Positions 1-11,641 of a stretch of 64,000 bases of DNA are shown in pieces. The position numbers were made by a program, and so were the translations under genes. Numbering within the stretch: position 1 is the first letter of the stretch; the number at the start of each line of letters is the position of its first letter. This stretch comes from Caulobacteraceae bacterium (GTDB lineage Bacteria > Pseudomonadota > Alphaproteobacteria > Caulobacterales > Caulobacteraceae), in NCBI GenBank assembly GCA_036491455.1, contig DASXBY010000042.1, positions 4,987-68,986 on the forward strand, given 5' to 3'. A model generated the notes under the pieces. The model made no database searches. It had not been told where the DNA came from and was given only the letters and a program-made list of their open reading frames with translations.

Positions 1-397
1 CATGATTGATCTGGCGACGCTTACCGGCGCCATCGTCATCGCCCTCGGAAAGGATCTCGCTGGCCTTTACTGTAATAGCGAGCCCCTGGCGGAACACCTG
101 CTGGCAGCGTCAAAAGTTAGCCGCGACGCCCTTTGGCGAATGCCCCTGCCAGCGCAATACGAAAGGCAGATCGAGAGCGGCATCGCCGACGTGAAAAACA
201 CCGGCGGGCGACCCGGCGGCTCGATCACAGCCGCCCTATTCCTGCAGAAATTTGTCAACGGCACGCCATGGGCGCACCTCGACATCGCTTCGACGGCCTG
301 GAAACCGAACTCAACGATCCCGACAATCCCGAGCGGCGCGACCGGCTTCGGCGTGCGCCTGCTCGACCAGCTCGTCGCCGACCACTACGAAGGCTAG
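1..397 (+). CDS. pepA: Leucyl aminopeptidase, C-terminal part (5' end outside window)
   Basis: [19 protein letters not shown] and WAHLDIA are M17 peptidase motifs; directly followed by holC. Confidence 0.95.
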   Translation, partial: MIDLATLTGAIVIALGKDLAGLYCNSEPLAEHLLAASKVSRDALWRMPLPAQYERQIESGIADVKNTGGRPGGSITAALFLQKFVNGTPWAHLDIASTAWKPNSTIPTIPSGATGFGVRLLDQLVADHYEG

Positions 398-405
398 GCG
401 CGAGA

Positions 406-867
406 TTGGCCGAAGGCCCTTGTGAAGTCTGGTTCTATCATCTCGAGCGGTCCGGGCTCGATCGGGTTCTTCCGGAGCTTCTCGAGAAGACGCTGGCGCG
501 CGGCTGGCGCGCACTATTGCGGACTCCGTCGGCGGAGCGCGTGGACCAGTTCGACGGCCTGCTCTGGACGTTTCGCGATGACAGTTTCCTGCCGCACGGC
601 GTCGCTGGCGAGCCTATGGCTGAGCGCCAGCCGATCCTCATCACGCGCGATGGTGATAATCTGAACGGGGCTACGGCCCTATTCGTGATCGACGGCGCCG
701 AGACCGGAGACCTGTCAGATTTCGAGCGTTGCATTCTGATCTTCGATGGAAACGACGCCGCAGCGGTCGAAGCGGCGCGTGCTACCTGGACGCGGCTGAA
801 GACTGAGGGGCAAGCAGTCACCTATTGGCGGCAGGGCGTGTCCGGCGGGTGGCGAGAACAGGCCTGA
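406..867 (+). CDS. holC: DNA polymerase III chi subunit
   Basis: EVWFYHL...LPELLEKTL...LWTFRDDSFLPHG...AARATW; TTG start at 406 chosen within ORF 133..867. Confidence 0.92.
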   Translation: MAEGPCEVWFYHLERSGLDRVLPELLEKTLARGWRALLRTPSAERVDQFDGLLWTFRDDSFLPHGVAGEPMAERQPILITRDGDNLNGATALFVIDGAETGDLSDFERCILIFDGNDAAAVEAARATWTRLKTEGQAVTYWRQGVSGGWREQA

Positions 868-954
868 ACCGCTGGCTTGGCGGCCTCATAAGGCGTCGCT
901 ATAAGCCCGCACCCCATCCCATCTGTTGAAAACAAAGTCCGAGATCGATTCGCC

Positions 955-1374
955 ATGACTGAACGCACCTTCTCGATCATCAAGCCCGACGCCACCAGCC
1001 GGAACCTGACCGGAAGGATCAATGCGGTGATCGAAGAGACCGGTCTGCGGATCGTCGCCCAGCGCCGGATTCGGATGAGCCGGGCGCAGGCCGAAAAATT
1101 CTATGAAGTTCATGAACAACGCCCGTTTTATGGAGAACTCGTGGAGTTCATGATCTCAGGCCCGGTGGTGGTTCAGGTCCTGGAAGGCTCCAACGCCGTG
1201 ACCAAGTATCGGGAAGTTATGGGCGCAACCGACCCGGCCCAGGCCGCGGACGGAACCATCCGCAAGCTTTTTGCCAGGTCCGTGGGCGAAAACTCAGTGC
1301 ATGGCTCCGACAGTTTGGAAAACGCCTCGCTGGAGATCAGCCAGTTCTTTACCGAGGATCAGATCGTCGGCTGA
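955..1374 (+). CDS. ndk: Nucleoside diphosphate kinase
   Basis: [12 protein letters not shown]-terminus and NSVHGSDS phospho-His motif. Confidence 0.98.
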   Translation: MTERTFSIIKPDATSRNLTGRINAVIEETGLRIVAQRRIRMSRAQAEKFYEVHEQRPFYGELVEFMISGPVVVQVLEGSNAVTKYREVMGATDPAQAADGTIRKLFARSVGENSVHGSDSLENASLEISQFFTEDQIVG

Positions 1375-1380
1375 GCCACC

Positions 1381-2394
1381 TCAGAAGGCCCGCAGCTCTC
1401 CGCACACAAAGGCTCCAGAATCAGCCAGCTGGCTGGCCTCGGCATCGGAAACGCCGATGATCAGGAGAAAGCCGACGCCGCAGTTGAACGTGCGTCGCAT
1501 TTCCTCGATGGCGATCCCACCAGTCTTGGCGAGCCATTCGAACAAAGGCGGAAGGCGCCAAGCCTCCCAATCAAAAACGGCTTGGAGCCCTTCGGCGACC
1601 GCGCGCGGCGGATTCTCGATGAGGCCGCCCCCGGTGATGTGGGCCGCGCCCTTGATCAATCCGGACCTCATCAGCGGCAGTACCTCACGAACATAGATCT
1701 GAGTGGGGCGCATGAAGGCCTCACCCAAACTTACCTCCGGCTCGAAAGGCGCGGGGTCACTCCATTTGAGGCCGCTGAGCTCGACGACGCGGCGGATTAG
1801 CGAAAAGCCGTTCGAATGCGGACCTGAGGAGGGGAGCGCGAGGACCAAGTCACCAGCCACTTGGTCTGACAGGCGTGGCAGGACCTTCGCCCGTTCGACA
1901 ACGCCAACACTGAATCCGGCGAGGTCGTAGTCTCCGGCGGCATACATGCCCGGCATTTCGGCTGTTTCACCGCCGACCAGCGCTGCCCCGGCGTCGCGAC
2001 AGCCGTCAGCGATCCCGGCCACCACGGTTTCGGCCAGATCGACGTCCAGTTTGCCGGTGGCGAAATAGTCTAGGAACAGCAAGGGCTCGGCGCCCTGGGC
2101 CAGCAGATCATTGACGCACATCGCCACCAGATCGACGCCGACCGTTCGGTGAATTCCTGTCTCCGCGGCAACTTTGAGTTTGGTGCCGACCCCATCGGTC
2201 GTGGTCACTAGAAGCGGATCGGCGTAGCCGGCCGCCTTCAGATCAAACAGAGCGCCAAAACCTCCGAGCGCCGCGTCGGCGCCAGGCCGTCGTGTCGCCC
2301 TGGCCAAGGGTTTGATCCGCTCAATGAGCGCCTCTCCGGCGTCGATGTCGACACCCGCGCGCGCATAGGTCAATCCGTTCCGCCGATCGTCCAC
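1381..2394 (-). CDS. purM: Phosphoribosylformylglycinamidine cyclo-ligase
   Basis: [45 protein letters not shown]. Confidence 0.97.
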   Translation of the reverse strand: MDDRRNGLTYARAGVDIDAGEALIERIKPLARATRRPGADAALGGFGALFDLKAAGYADPLLVTTTDGVGTKLKVAAETGIHRTVGVDLVAMCVNDLLAQGAEPLLFLDYFATGKLDVDLAETVVAGIADGCRDAGAALVGGETAEMPGMYAAGDYDLAGFSVGVVERAKVLPRLSDQVAGDLVLALPSSGPHSNGFSLIRRVVELSGLKWSDPAPFEPEVSLGEAFMRPTQIYVREVLPLMRSGLIKGAAHITGGGLIENPPRAVAEGLQAVFDWEAWRLPPLFEWLAKTGGIAIEEMRRTFNCGVGFLLIIGVSDAEASQLADSGAFVCGELRAF

Positions 2395-2474
2395 CTAATA
2401 TGCGCCTCGTCAGATGAGAGGGTTCGAGCCTTCGCCCTTGCAAAGTCACCGCCCGCCACCCCTATAGCGTGCGG

Positions 2475-3659
2475 ATGACGCCGATTACAGCCATGGCCGA
2501 CCTCGAGCGGTTCTGCGAGCGGCTTCGGGGCCAGAGCTTCGTGGCGGTCGACACCGAATTCATGCGCGAGTCGACCTATTGGCCAAAGCTGTGCCTGATC
2601 CAGGCAGCCGCGTCCGACGATCTTGCCGCCGCGATCGACCCGTTGGCGCCGGGTCTCGATCTGGCGCCGTTTCTCGAAGTAATGCGCGACGAGAGCATCC
2701 AAAAGGTCTTTCACGCCGCCCGTCAGGACATCGAGATCCTCTACAATCTTGGCGCCATGCCGAGGCCTCTTTTCGACACCCAGGTGGCCGGCATGGCCGC
2801 GGGTTTCCCGGAGCAGGTCGCTTACGACGTATTGGTGATGCAGCTGCTCCGGGTCGAAATCGACAAATCCAGCCGCTTCACCGACTGGAGCCGGCGTCCG
2901 CTTAGCGATGCTCAGCTGACCTATGCGCTCGCCGATGTCACCCATCTCGCCGCCGTCTATCCCATGCTGCGGACACGGCTTGAACAAGCCGGCCGGCTCG
3001 CTTGGGTAGAGGAGGAGATGGCCGCTCTTCTCGACCCGGAACTCTATGACACCAGTCCCGAGAACGCCTGGAAACGCCTGAAGCCGCGCCGGCATTCGGG
3101 GCGCTACCTGTGCGTCATGCGACGCCTGGCTGCTTGGCGAGAACGCACAGCTCAGACGCGCGATCAGCCGCGGGGTCGGGTGATGAAGGACGACGCCATC
3201 GACGAGGTGGCGACACAGGCCCCGTTGGATCTGGAAACGCTCGAGCGCTTGCGCTCCCTTCCAAGAGGTTTCGCTGGATCGAAATTTGCCCCGGACGTGC
3301 TTGAGGCTGTCCGGGAAGGATTGAAGGACGCCGAGCATTTCACACCGGAACCGAAGCGCCTGGCCAAGGCGCCTGGGCCGCCGATCGGTCCAGTGGTCGA
3401 GTTGCTGAAGGTCCTGCTCAAGGCGCGAGCCGAAGAAGCGCGTGTGGCCTCCAAGCTAATCGCTACGGTCTCCGACCTGGAGAAGATCGCCGCCGATGAC
3501 GACGGTGATACGCCGGCGTTGCACGGATGGAGGCGCGAGGCGTTCGGCGAGGACGCCGTCAGGCTCAAGCGGGGTGAGTTGGCGCTGGTGCTGGACGGCG
3601 CCAGAGTGCGGGTCGTCGAGGTGCGCCGGCGGCCGCGAACTTCCGACGAAGGATTCTGA
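2475..3659 (+). CDS. rnd: Ribonuclease D
   Basis: AVDTEFMRESTYWPKLCLIQ, FDTQVA, DWSRRPL, YALADV (DEDDy exonuclease) plus HRDC-like region. Confidence 0.96.
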   Translation: MTPITAMADLERFCERLRGQSFVAVDTEFMRESTYWPKLCLIQAAASDDLAAAIDPLAPGLDLAPFLEVMRDESIQKVFHAARQDIEILYNLGAMPRPLFDTQVAGMAAGFPEQVAYDVLVMQLLRVEIDKSSRFTDWSRRPLSDAQLTYALADVTHLAAVYPMLRTRLEQAGRLAWVEEEMAALLDPELYDTSPENAWKRLKPRRHSGRYLCVMRRLAAWRERTAQTRDQPRGRVMKDDAIDEVATQAPLDLETLERLRSLPRGFAGSKFAPDVLEAVREGLKDAEHFTPEPKRLAKAPGPPIGPVVELLKVLLKARAEEARVASKLIATVSDLEKIAADDDGDTPALHGWRREAFGEDAVRLKRGELALVLDGARVRVVEVRRRPRTSDEGF

Positions 3660-3665
3660 TCGACC

Positions 3666-5192
3666 CTATCCCACCGCTCTTCGCGCCGCAGCCCGCACGG
3701 GGGATGGTTTCAGCCGCAGCTCGCGACCCAGAATGGTCGCCAGCGTCGCCGCACGCTTGGCGATGGCCTCTCCCAACATCATCGCCTCCCATCCGGGATC
3801 TACCTGTAGCGATACAACTTCCGGTTTGAAGTCCAGGCGGGCGCGGCCGAGCAGGTTAGGGCTGCGGCCGGAAATATCGCAGCCAAGCCGCACCGCCGCC
3901 CCGAGCGCGCGAGCGCGCTCATAACGCTCCGAATTGAGAAGCCGGCTTACCACTCGGGGCGCTGGAACGGTGCTGGAGGCCGTGTGGCGACCAAAAGCGG
4001 CGCAGGCCAGAAAAACGCGCTCGTGATGGTCGAGCCCGGCAATGGGCGCGCGAAGCACTTGCTCAAAGACCAGGTCGGCGCGGTGGTCAGGGTGGAGCTG
4101 AGCGCCGAAATCGGCCAGTCGGCAGGCGGCCGCCAACAAGATCTGATCCCGTGCTCCGAACAGAGCATCCAGCTTGCCGAAGGCGGTCGCAAGCCACGTT
4201 TCCAAGGCGGCGCCCAGTGTCTCCGCCGGACCCGGTCTGCCGCCTAACGCCGCGCAGCCTGAAATCAGCGGGTCCTGGCGGCGCACCCCTCGGCTCATTG
4301 TGTCGAACAACATGCCTTCGCGCAGGCCGAAGGCGGAAACGCGCACCCGTCGGACGCCCAGCCCATCGATCAGTCCCTCGAGCACGGCGGCGGCATGGGG
4401 AAGCGTGTCCACCCGCCGGCGAGAAATCCCTTCGATCCTTTCGAGGGAGCCGCGGGATTGCTGTTCGACGAAGCGTGCGACGCTCAGGGCTTCGGAACGG
4501 GAAAGCTCGTATTGATGGACGATGCCCAGCGGATAGTCGGCCAGCCGCATATGCAGAAGGGCGAGGTTGCGCCAGGCGCCGCCGACGGCATTGAGGGTGC
4601 GACCATGGAAATCGTCGGAAACGCCCTTGAGTTCGCGGTTGACCGCGTTCTTGACCTTGTTGGGATCGAACACGGAGCCGAAGGAGAAAGGCCCCAGCGG
4701 GAGGGTCACGCCTCGACCGGCTTTGCCATCGGCGATCTGCGTCAATTCAAGGCTCGCTCCTCCAAGATCACCCGCAAGGCCGTCGGCGTCCGGCGCGCCG
4801 GCGATGACGCCGAGGGCGGCGTAACGAGCCTCTTCGGCGCCCGAAAGAACCCGGAGCGACAAGCCGCTCTCGACTTCGACGCGCCGACGGAAGGCTCCGC
4901 CATCCAGGGCGTCGCGGATGGCCGCCGTGGCGACGGCGTGAACCTGCGCCGGCCGGCTTGCCTCGATCAAGGCCTGAAAACGGCGCAGCGCGTTCATGGC
5001 TGTGGCCATGCCATCCGCGGAGAGTCTGCCCGAGCGGACAAGATCTCGGCCGAGTCCGGCCAGCACTTTTTCGTTGAACACGGTCCAAATGGCCCGGCCG
5101 TCCAACCGGTACATCACCAGACGGACAGAGTTCGACCCGACGTCGATGACCGCGGCGTCGGCGAGAGTCGAGTCAGGCTGGCCGCGTGACAT
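3666..5192 (-). CDS. ppx: Exopolyphosphatase Ppx/GppA
   Basis: [31 protein letters not shown]; adjacent to ppk1. Confidence 0.95.
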   Translation of the reverse strand: MSRGQPDSTLADAAVIDVGSNSVRLVMYRLDGRAIWTVFNEKVLAGLGRDLVRSGRLSADGMATAMNALRRFQALIEASRPAQVHAVATAAIRDALDGGAFRRRVEVESGLSLRVLSGAEEARYAALGVIAGAPDADGLAGDLGGASLELTQIADGKAGRGVTLPLGPFSFGSVFDPNKVKNAVNRELKGVSDDFHGRTLNAVGGAWRNLALLHMRLADYPLGIVHQYELSRSEALSVARFVEQQSRGSLERIEGISRRRVDTLPHAAAVLEGLIDGLGVRRVRVSAFGLREGMLFDTMSRGVRRQDPLISGCAALGGRPGPAETLGAALETWLATAFGKLDALFGARDQILLAAACRLADFGAQLHPDHRADLVFEQVLRAPIAGLDHHERVFLACAAFGRHTASSTVPAPRVVSRLLNSERYERARALGAAVRLGCDISGRSPNLLGRARLDFKPEVVSLQVDPGWEAMMLGEAIAKRAATLATILGRELRLKPSPVRAAARRAVG

Positions 5193-7383
5193 GCACGATC
5201 GCTCTCGGCAGATCCTTGACCTTGTGGCCGCGTCCAGACAGCGAGGGGTTAGTCATGAAGTAGTTGTGAGCCGAGAACGCGCTCCTGCGGTTCCATCCGG
5301 GATGGCGCTGAAAACCGCCATTGGCGGCGAGGAGCCAGCTCTGAGCCTCGTCATTCAGGTTAGCCACCATGATCTGTTGCAATACTTGCTGATGCACCGT
5401 GGGGTTCTCTATCGGCGTCATAACCTCGATCCGCCGGTCGAGATTTCGCGGCATCCAATCCGCGGAACTGATGAAAACGCGGCTCTGATTGGAGGGTAGG
5501 GGCGACCCGTTGGCGAATGCCGCAATCCGCGCGTGCTCGAGGAAGCGTCCGACAATGCTCTTGACGCGGATGTTCTGGGACAGCCCCGGAATGCCCGGCC
5601 TCAGACAACAGATGCCGCGAATGATCAGTTCAATCGAAACCCCGGCGCAACTGGCTGCGTAGAGAGCGTCAATGATTTCGGGATCGACCAGGGCGTTCAT
5701 CTTGGCCCAGATTCCTGACGGCAGTCCGGCTCTGGCGTTCACCGCCTCATGTTCGATCAAGTGTAGAAGGTCAGCCTTCATCATGTCCGGCGAATAGGAC
5801 AACTTCTCCAGACGGTCCGGCTTGGCGTAGCCCGTGATGTAATTGAACAACTTGCCCGAATCTCGACCCAGGGCGGGATCGGTTGTGAAAAGCGAAAGAT
5901 CTGTGTAGATCTTAGCCGTGACAGAGTGATAGTTCCCCGTTCCATAGTGGCAGTACGTGCGCAGAACGTCACCCTCGCGCCGAACCACCAGCGACAGTTT
6001 CGCATGGGTCTTGTATTCGACGAACCCAAAGACGACATGGACCCCAGCACGCTCGAGGTCGCGAGCCCACTTCAGATTCGCCTCTTCGTCGAAACGCGCC
6101 TTGATCTCGACCAGAGCGACGACGTTCTTTCCGTTTCCGGCCGCCTCGATTAGCGCAGCGACAATCGGACTGTCCTTGGACGTACGGTAGAGAGTCTGCT
6201 TGATTGCCAGTACGTTTGGGTCTCGCGCCGCCTGCAACAGGAACTGCACGACCACGTCGAAGCTTTCGAACGGGTGGTGGACGAGAATGTCCTTTTCGCG
6301 AATAGCGGCGAAACAGTCGCCGCCATGATCGCGAATTCGTTCCGGGAACCTCGGTTGGAACGCGGTGAATTTCAGGTCCGGGTGGTCGGCCGGTATGAGC
6401 TCTGACACCTGCGCTAGACCGAGCTTTCCATCGACGCGAACGACATCCTGGGGCTCAGCGCGAAGTCCGTTGACGATGAACTCGCGAAGATCGTCGGGCA
6501 TAGTCGCGGCGATCTTGACTCTCACCACTGAGCCGAGGCGGCGTCTCTTGAGTCTCGCCTCGAATTCCCGCACCAGATCCTCGGCTTCTTCCTCGATCTC
6601 AACGTCGCTGTCGCGGATGAGCCGGAACAGGCCCATGCCCTCCACCTTGCAACCGGGGAACAGGCGATCGAGGAACAGGATCAGAAAGCTCTCGAGCGCC
6701 ACGAACCGTCTTTGAGGCCGCCGCCGGCCGTTGCGCGCCGGTGGCAGCTCCCAGAACCTGGCCACCTGGCTTGGAACTGGGACCAGGGCATGCAGTTCCC
6801 GATTGTCCGGGCGGCGTCGCAATTTGAGCGCCAGGGCGAATCCGAGATTGGGGATGAACGGAAACGGGTGAGCGGGATCAATGGCGAGCGGCGTTAGCAC
6901 CGGAAAGATGCTGCTCAGGAAAATGGCCTCGGCGGCGGTCCGGTCGGCGGCCGAGGTGACGTCCTTGGCGTCCAGGAGGCGCAGGCCCTCGGACGCGAGC
7001 TCGCCACGGAGCTCCAGCCACAGCCGCTGCTGGTCGTGAATGAGGTGGTTCGCCTCAGCGTTTACCTTGCGCAACTGCTGGCCGGCTGTCAGCCCGTCCT
7101 GGCTCAGAACCCTGACGCCCTCGCGCACCTGGCCTTTCAGGCCCGCCACCCGGACCATGTAGAACTCGTCCAGGTTGTTGGCTGAAATCGACAGAAATCT
7201 CAGTCGCTCAAGGAGCGGATGACGTGGATTTCCCGCCTCCTCCAACACTCGGCGGTTGAATGACAGCCAGGAGAGTTCCCGATTGAAGAAGCGCTCGGGC
7301 GACGCGGCGAGATCAGCCTTGGGGCCGGCGCGGGCTGGAAGCTCAGCGGCCAAGCCTATCGCGGCTGGGGTCATTTCATTCAT
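5173..7383 (-). CDS. ppk1: Polyphosphate kinase 1
   Basis: [51 protein letters not shown]. Confidence 0.98.
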   Translation of the reverse strand: MNEMTPAAIGLAAELPARAGPKADLAASPERFFNRELSWLSFNRRVLEEAGNPRHPLLERLRFLSISANNLDEFYMVRVAGLKGQVREGVRVLSQDGLTAGQQLRKVNAEANHLIHDQQRLWLELRGELASEGLRLLDAKDVTSAADRTAAEAIFLSSIFPVLTPLAIDPAHPFPFIPNLGFALALKLRRRPDNRELHALVPVPSQVARFWELPPARNGRRRPQRRFVALESFLILFLDRLFPGCKVEGMGLFRLIRDSDVEIEEEAEDLVREFEARLKRRRLGSVVRVKIAATMPDDLREFIVNGLRAEPQDVVRVDGKLGLAQVSELIPADHPDLKFTAFQPRFPERIRDHGGDCFAAIREKDILVHHPFESFDVVVQFLLQAARDPNVLAIKQTLYRTSKDSPIVAALIEAAGNGKNVVALVEIKARFDEEANLKWARDLERAGVHVVFGFVEYKTHAKLSLVVRREGDVLRTYCHYGTGNYHSVTAKIYTDLSLFTTDPALGRDSGKLFNYITGYAKPDRLEKLSYSPDMMKADLLHLIEHEAVNARAGLPSGIWAKMNALVDPEIIDALYAASCAGVSIELIIRGICCLRPGIPGLSQNIRVKSIVGRFLEHARIAAFANGSPLPSNQSRVFISSADWMPRNLDRRIEVMTPIENPTVHQQVLQQIMVANLNDEAQSWLLAANGGFQRHPGWNRRSAFSAHNYFMTNPSLSGRGHKVKDLPRAIVHVTRPA

Positions 7384-7458
7384 GTTGACAAAGGGCTTTG
7401 CGGTCGCATATTCGCAATGCGCGTTCTATTGGCGTAGCTCACGGGATGCGGCAAGGTC

Positions 7459-8145
7459 TTAGCCGAATTCATTGAGAGTTTCGACCTCACGCCCCAGGAT
7501 TTGGCGCGCAATAGCCAACGTGACCTCGCGCCTTTCCTCCCCCGCGTACTGATCGATCTGGGCGACAATTTCTCGCGCAGCGGGTACAGAACGTTCGATT
7601 CGACGAATGATATAGCCAGGAACGGTCGCTGTTGGTTTGATATTCCGCTCACGGAATAGTTTGTCGAGCACGCCGAGAAGCACATCATCATCGGGCGATT
7701 CAATTCTCGCAACCGTCAAAGCGTTCAGGCGTGAGCGAAGATCTGGCAGCTTGACGCGCCAGTTTGATGGTTGCCTGCGTCCCGTCAGAAGTACCGTCGT
7801 GCCGACGTCGGCGCGGTTGAAGGCATGGAAGAGGACTTCGTCCGAGGCGCGGCGGTCGGCGTCCTCCATGAGGATCGGCGCGGCGCCTGCGGTCCGTTCG
7901 GTCCCATTGGGGTCGCTGGAAATGACGGCGCCGACCCTCTCCGCCCACGCCCGGGCGAGGTGTGTCTTGCCGGATCCGGCGGGGCCCACGAGCGCCAGCC
8001 GACCACCGGGCCAGTTCGGCCATGTTTCGAGGGCTTCGACCGCCGAGCGGTTCGAGTTGGACACCACGAACGCCTGCAGGTCATGCGAACTGTCCTGGAC
8101 GAGGTCCAGTCGCAGTTGCGTCCCCGATGACTTCGGTCTGCTCAT
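7459..8145 (-). CDS. hdaA: DnaA regulatory inactivator HdaA
   Basis: N-terminal beta-clamp motif QLRLDL, GPAGSGKTHL P-loop, DLRSRL arginine finger; hda-ppk synteny. Confidence 0.9.
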   Translation of the reverse strand: MSRPKSSGTQLRLDLVQDSSHDLQAFVVSNSNRSAVEALETWPNWPGGRLALVGPAGSGKTHLARAWAERVGAVISSDPNGTERTAGAAPILMEDADRRASDEVLFHAFNRADVGTTVLLTGRRQPSNWRVKLPDLRSRLNALTVARIESPDDDVLLGVLDKLFRERNIKPTATVPGYIIRRIERSVPAAREIVAQIDQYAGEERREVTLAIARQILGREVETLNEFG

Positions 8146-8205
8146 CGCAGGTGGAATCTAGGCGATCTGGACGGTCGCGGCCATCGGCGGCCAAAGCCCA
8201 GGTGT

Positions 8206-9939
8206 TCAATTCGGCTCGACATCGGCCTGTCGCAACTCTGTGATGGGCACATTGAGGCTCGAAAGCGCCGCCCTGGTTGCGCGCCGGCCTTCTTCGACGG
8301 CGGGCTCGTAAGCCTTCCAGTCGCCTATCTCGATATGATCCAACTCCGGCTGGATCAGGAGATCCGTCAGTTCGTGGGCGACGGCCATCTGCTGATCGGC
8401 GGTCACCGTCGCTGATCTCATCAGCAGAGAGATAATCGGAGCGCCTTTGCGCCAAGCACCCGATGTCAGCCAGCGAAAGGCGGACTTGGGTCCTTCGATA
8501 TCTGCCGCGCCCAGGCTGCGGCCACGACCAACATCCACACCCACGATCGGGCCGTTGTGCAGCGAGCGCATGATGTCGGCCGGAAAATTGTTGAGCACCG
8601 CTCCATCGACCAGCACATCATCACCCAAGGTCACCGGCGGCAGGACGCCAGGCAGCGATAAGGATGCGAGCAGAGCGTCGCGCACCCGTCCCTGACGATG
8701 AATTTGCTGAGCGCCGGTGGTCAAATTACTGGAAACGCAAAAGAACGGCAGCCACAGGTCACAGATCATTCGGTCATGGAAATTCTCGGCAAGCCTTTGG
8801 CGCACCAGCTCACCGCGGGTGAACGAGACGATCGGCCAGGTGAGATCGCCAAGCGGGCTGGTTTCGACGAAGGCCTTGCGCAGCCGCCCGTCGAGCTCGT
8901 CTTGATCCCAGCCCATGGCGAGGCCCGCCCCGACAATGGCGCCCATTGAAACGCCACCGATGAAATCGATCGGCGCCCCGAAGTCTCGCAGCACTTCCAG
9001 GGCGCCGACGTGGGCGTAGGCCCTTGCGGCGCCGCCGGAAAGCACCAACCCGACGGACCGGCCCGCCAGGGTCCGCGCCAGGCGATCTATGTCGCCCCTG
9101 TTCAAGCGACGTAAATGGAACAGGCGCGATGGATTGACCGCTGCGGACCAGGCTTCGGAGCCCGCCGGGGCCCGGGCTGCTTCATCCTGCAACAGGATCA
9201 GGTCGCCGGCGATCGCCCAGGCGGAGGTCGGGAGCGGCGGCCCGCGACCTGACGGCTTGTCGCGACCGTTCGCAACGTAGATGACACCATCAACCTGTCG
9301 GCCAACCAGAATTCCCCAGGATAGCTCGTCGCTTTCGACCGAGTAGAGCACAAACTCGCTTTGGCTTTCGGTACGCGAGAACCACTCCGGCGTCGCCGGT
9401 CCGGAGTCGACGGCCAGGGCGACCGAGGTGTGCCCCATGCGTTTGATGGCTTCGTTCAATTGATCGGCGACGACGAAGGCCTTTACCGATTCCGAGACAG
9501 CGACGATGGCGAACACGTGACGGACGATCGCCGGCTCGTCGCGGATGGTATCACGGGTGCGGGCCACAACCAGTCGCGAGAGATCGATCAGAAGGTCTGG
9601 GTCCGCGCGCACCTGATCGAAGAAAACGTCTCTCGGAACCGCGATCAACTCGCTGTCCCTGAGGGCGAAGACAGTGGCCGAGTGGGCGATGCCGGCGAGA
9701 ACCGCCATTTCCCCGACGGTCTCTCCGGGGCGGATCGTGACGAGGCGGGGATGGAAATCACCGATACGGGCCGCCAGGCGTCCGGCCCGGAGATAATACA
9801 ACTCATCGGAATTTTCCCCGGACTGATAGAGGGGTCGCCCGCCCGGGAGGCAAAAGCTGGTGGCCAGCCCTTCGTCCTGCAGTCGCTCGAACAGGCGGGC
9901 GAGGGAAGGGAGCGCGCTGGGCCTTGGGCGGCGAGTCAC
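8206..9939 (-). CDS. Patatin-like phospholipase with N-terminal cyclic-nucleotide-binding domain (NTE/RssA family)
   Basis: cNMP domain (LYYLRAGRL...[10 protein letters not shown]...[11 protein letters not shown]); patatin motifs [25 protein letters not shown]; GTG start at 9939 is an estimate. Confidence 0.88.
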   Translation of the reverse strand: MTRRPRPSALPSLARLFERLQDEGLATSFCLPGGRPLYQSGENSDELYYLRAGRLAARIGDFHPRLVTIRPGETVGEMAVLAGIAHSATVFALRDSELIAVPRDVFFDQVRADPDLLIDLSRLVVARTRDTIRDEPAIVRHVFAIVAVSESVKAFVVADQLNEAIKRMGHTSVALAVDSGPATPEWFSRTESQSEFVLYSVESDELSWGILVGRQVDGVIYVANGRDKPSGRGPPLPTSAWAIAGDLILLQDEAARAPAGSEAWSAAVNPSRLFHLRRLNRGDIDRLARTLAGRSVGLVLSGGAARAYAHVGALEVLRDFGAPIDFIGGVSMGAIVGAGLAMGWDQDELDGRLRKAFVETSPLGDLTWPIVSFTRGELVRQRLAENFHDRMICDLWLPFFCVSSNLTTGAQQIHRQGRVRDALLASLSLPGVLPPVTLGDDVLVDGAVLNNFPADIMRSLHNGPIVGVDVGRGRSLGAADIEGPKSAFRWLTSGAWRKGAPIISLLMRSATVTADQQMAVAHELTDLLIQPELDHIEIGDWKAYEPAVEEGRRATRAALSSLNVPITELRQADVEPN

Positions 9940-10014
9940 CCGGCGAAGTCTAATCCGAGGCGGCGCGGTAGGCCATTCTTCCCACCGCGCGGGGCCCCGG
10001 TGTATGGCAGGGCC

Positions 10015-11622
10015 ATGCCTATCCTTCCGACGACGGTCGACATCAGCGGCGAGACCTACCGCCGACTGAAGGCGGTGAATGAGGGATTGGCGAGGACTCT
10101 TCGGGGGCGGGTCACCAAGGCGGCGCTTGGCGGTCCGCCCGAACTGCGCAAGCGACACGCGGCTCGCGGCAAGCTGCTGCCAAGGCAACGCGTTGAGCGA
10201 CTTCTGGACGTCGGATCGCCCTTTCTCGAAATCGGTCAGCTCGCCGCGTTTGACCTGTACGGCGGTGAGGCGCCCGGCGCGGGAATCATAACTGGCATCG
10301 GCCGCGTGGAAGGCCGCGAGGTCATGATCGTCGCCAACGACGCCACGGTGAAGGGGGGCGCCTATTTCCCAACGACGGTTAAAAAACATCTTAGGGCTCA
10401 GGAGATCGCCCTTCAGAACCGCCTGCCTTGCATCTATCTGGTCGACAGTGGCGGCGCGAACCTCCCGTACCAGGCCGACGTATTCCCTGACCGCGAACAC
10501 TTCGGACGGATATTCTACAACCAGGCCCGGATGAGCGCGGCCGGCATTTCCCAAATCGCCTGTGTCATGGGCTCATGCACCGCAGGCGGCGCCTATGTGC
10601 CGGCGATGAGCGACGAGACCGTCATCGTGCGCGGCCAGGGCACGATCTTCCTGGGTGGCCCACCCCTGGTGAAGGCCGCGACAGGGGAGATAATCTCGGC
10701 AGAGGAGCTGGGCGGCGCGGACACGCACGGTCGCCTGTCGGGGGTTGTCGACCATGTTGCGGCCAGCGACGAACATGCCCTGGCCATCGTCCGCCGGATC
10801 GTTGCCAACCTGAACCGCGCTTCCCGAGCCGCACTTGACATCCAGCAGCCGGAGCCGCCGGTTCATGACCCGGCTGAGCTCTACGGGATTATTCCCGATG
10901 ACGTTCGCGCGCCCTACGAGGTGCGCGAAGTGCTGGCCAGGATCGTTGACGGTTCGCGGTTCGATGAATTCAAGGCGCTCTACGGGACCACACTCGTCTG
11001 CGGCTTCGCGCATATCTGGGGCTATCCGGTGGCGGTTCTGGCCAACAATGGCGTTCTGTTTTCTGAAAGTGCGCTGAAGGGGGCGCACTTCATAGAACTG
11101 GCCTGTCAGCGCGGCGTGCCACTAGTCTTCCTGCAGAACATCTCAGGCTTCATGGTGGGGGGGAAATACGAGGCAGGCGGAATCGCCAAGGACGGGGCAA
11201 AATTGGTGACGGCGGTCGCCAGCGCTGAGGTCCCGAAGTTCACGGTCCTGATCGGCGGTTCGTTCGGCGCCGGCAATTACGGCATGTGCGGACGAGCGTT
11301 CAGCCCGCGCTTTCTGTTTGCATGGCCAAACAGTCGTATCAGCGTCATGGGCGGCGAGCAGGCCGCCAGCGTTTTGGCGACCATTCGCAGAGACTCTCTC
11401 GAAGCCAAAGGCGAGACCTGGCCGCCCGAGGCGGAAGAAGCCTTCAAGGCGCCAGTCCGAGCGCGATACGAGACCGAAGGCGATCCCTACCATGCGAGTT
11501 CCAGGTTGTGGGACGACGGGATCGTCGATCCCGTCCAGACTCGGGATGTCCTGGGCTTGGCGATCAGCGCGTCCCTCAATGCGCCTATCCCGGCCACGCG
11601 TTTCGGCGTTTTCCGAATGTAG
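10015..11622 (+). CDS. liuB: 3-methylcrotonyl-CoA carboxylase beta (carboxyltransferase) subunit
   Basis: [41 protein letters not shown]-terminal FGVFRM; ATG at 10015. Confidence 0.95.
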   Translation: MPILPTTVDISGETYRRLKAVNEGLARTLRGRVTKAALGGPPELRKRHAARGKLLPRQRVERLLDVGSPFLEIGQLAAFDLYGGEAPGAGIITGIGRVEGREVMIVANDATVKGGAYFPTTVKKHLRAQEIALQNRLPCIYLVDSGGANLPYQADVFPDREHFGRIFYNQARMSAAGISQIACVMGSCTAGGAYVPAMSDETVIVRGQGTIFLGGPPLVKAATGEIISAEELGGADTHGRLSGVVDHVAASDEHALAIVRRIVANLNRASRAALDIQQPEPPVHDPAELYGIIPDDVRAPYEVREVLARIVDGSRFDEFKALYGTTLVCGFAHIWGYPVAVLANNGVLFSESALKGAHFIELACQRGVPLVFLQNISGFMVGGKYEAGGIAKDGAKLVTAVASAEVPKFTVLIGGSFGAGNYGMCGRAFSPRFLFAWPNSRISVMGGEQAASVLATIRRDSLEAKGETWPPEAEEAFKAPVRARYETEGDPYHASSRLWDDGIVDPVQTRDVLGLAISASLNAPIPATRFGVFRM

Positions 11623-11641
11623 GCGGGGCGAGGAGACCTTC

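Noticed and set aside
7398-7420. TCGCATATTCGCAAT upstream of ppk1 as a Fur box
   Set aside because: Only half-sites are present; the TGCGA-N5-TCGCA geometry is not met.
9361-10554. Apparent 1.2-kb overlap between the patatin and liuB ORFs
   Set aside because: The ORF track over-extends both genes. The real starts are about 9939 (-) and 10015 (+), so the genes are divergent and do not overlap.
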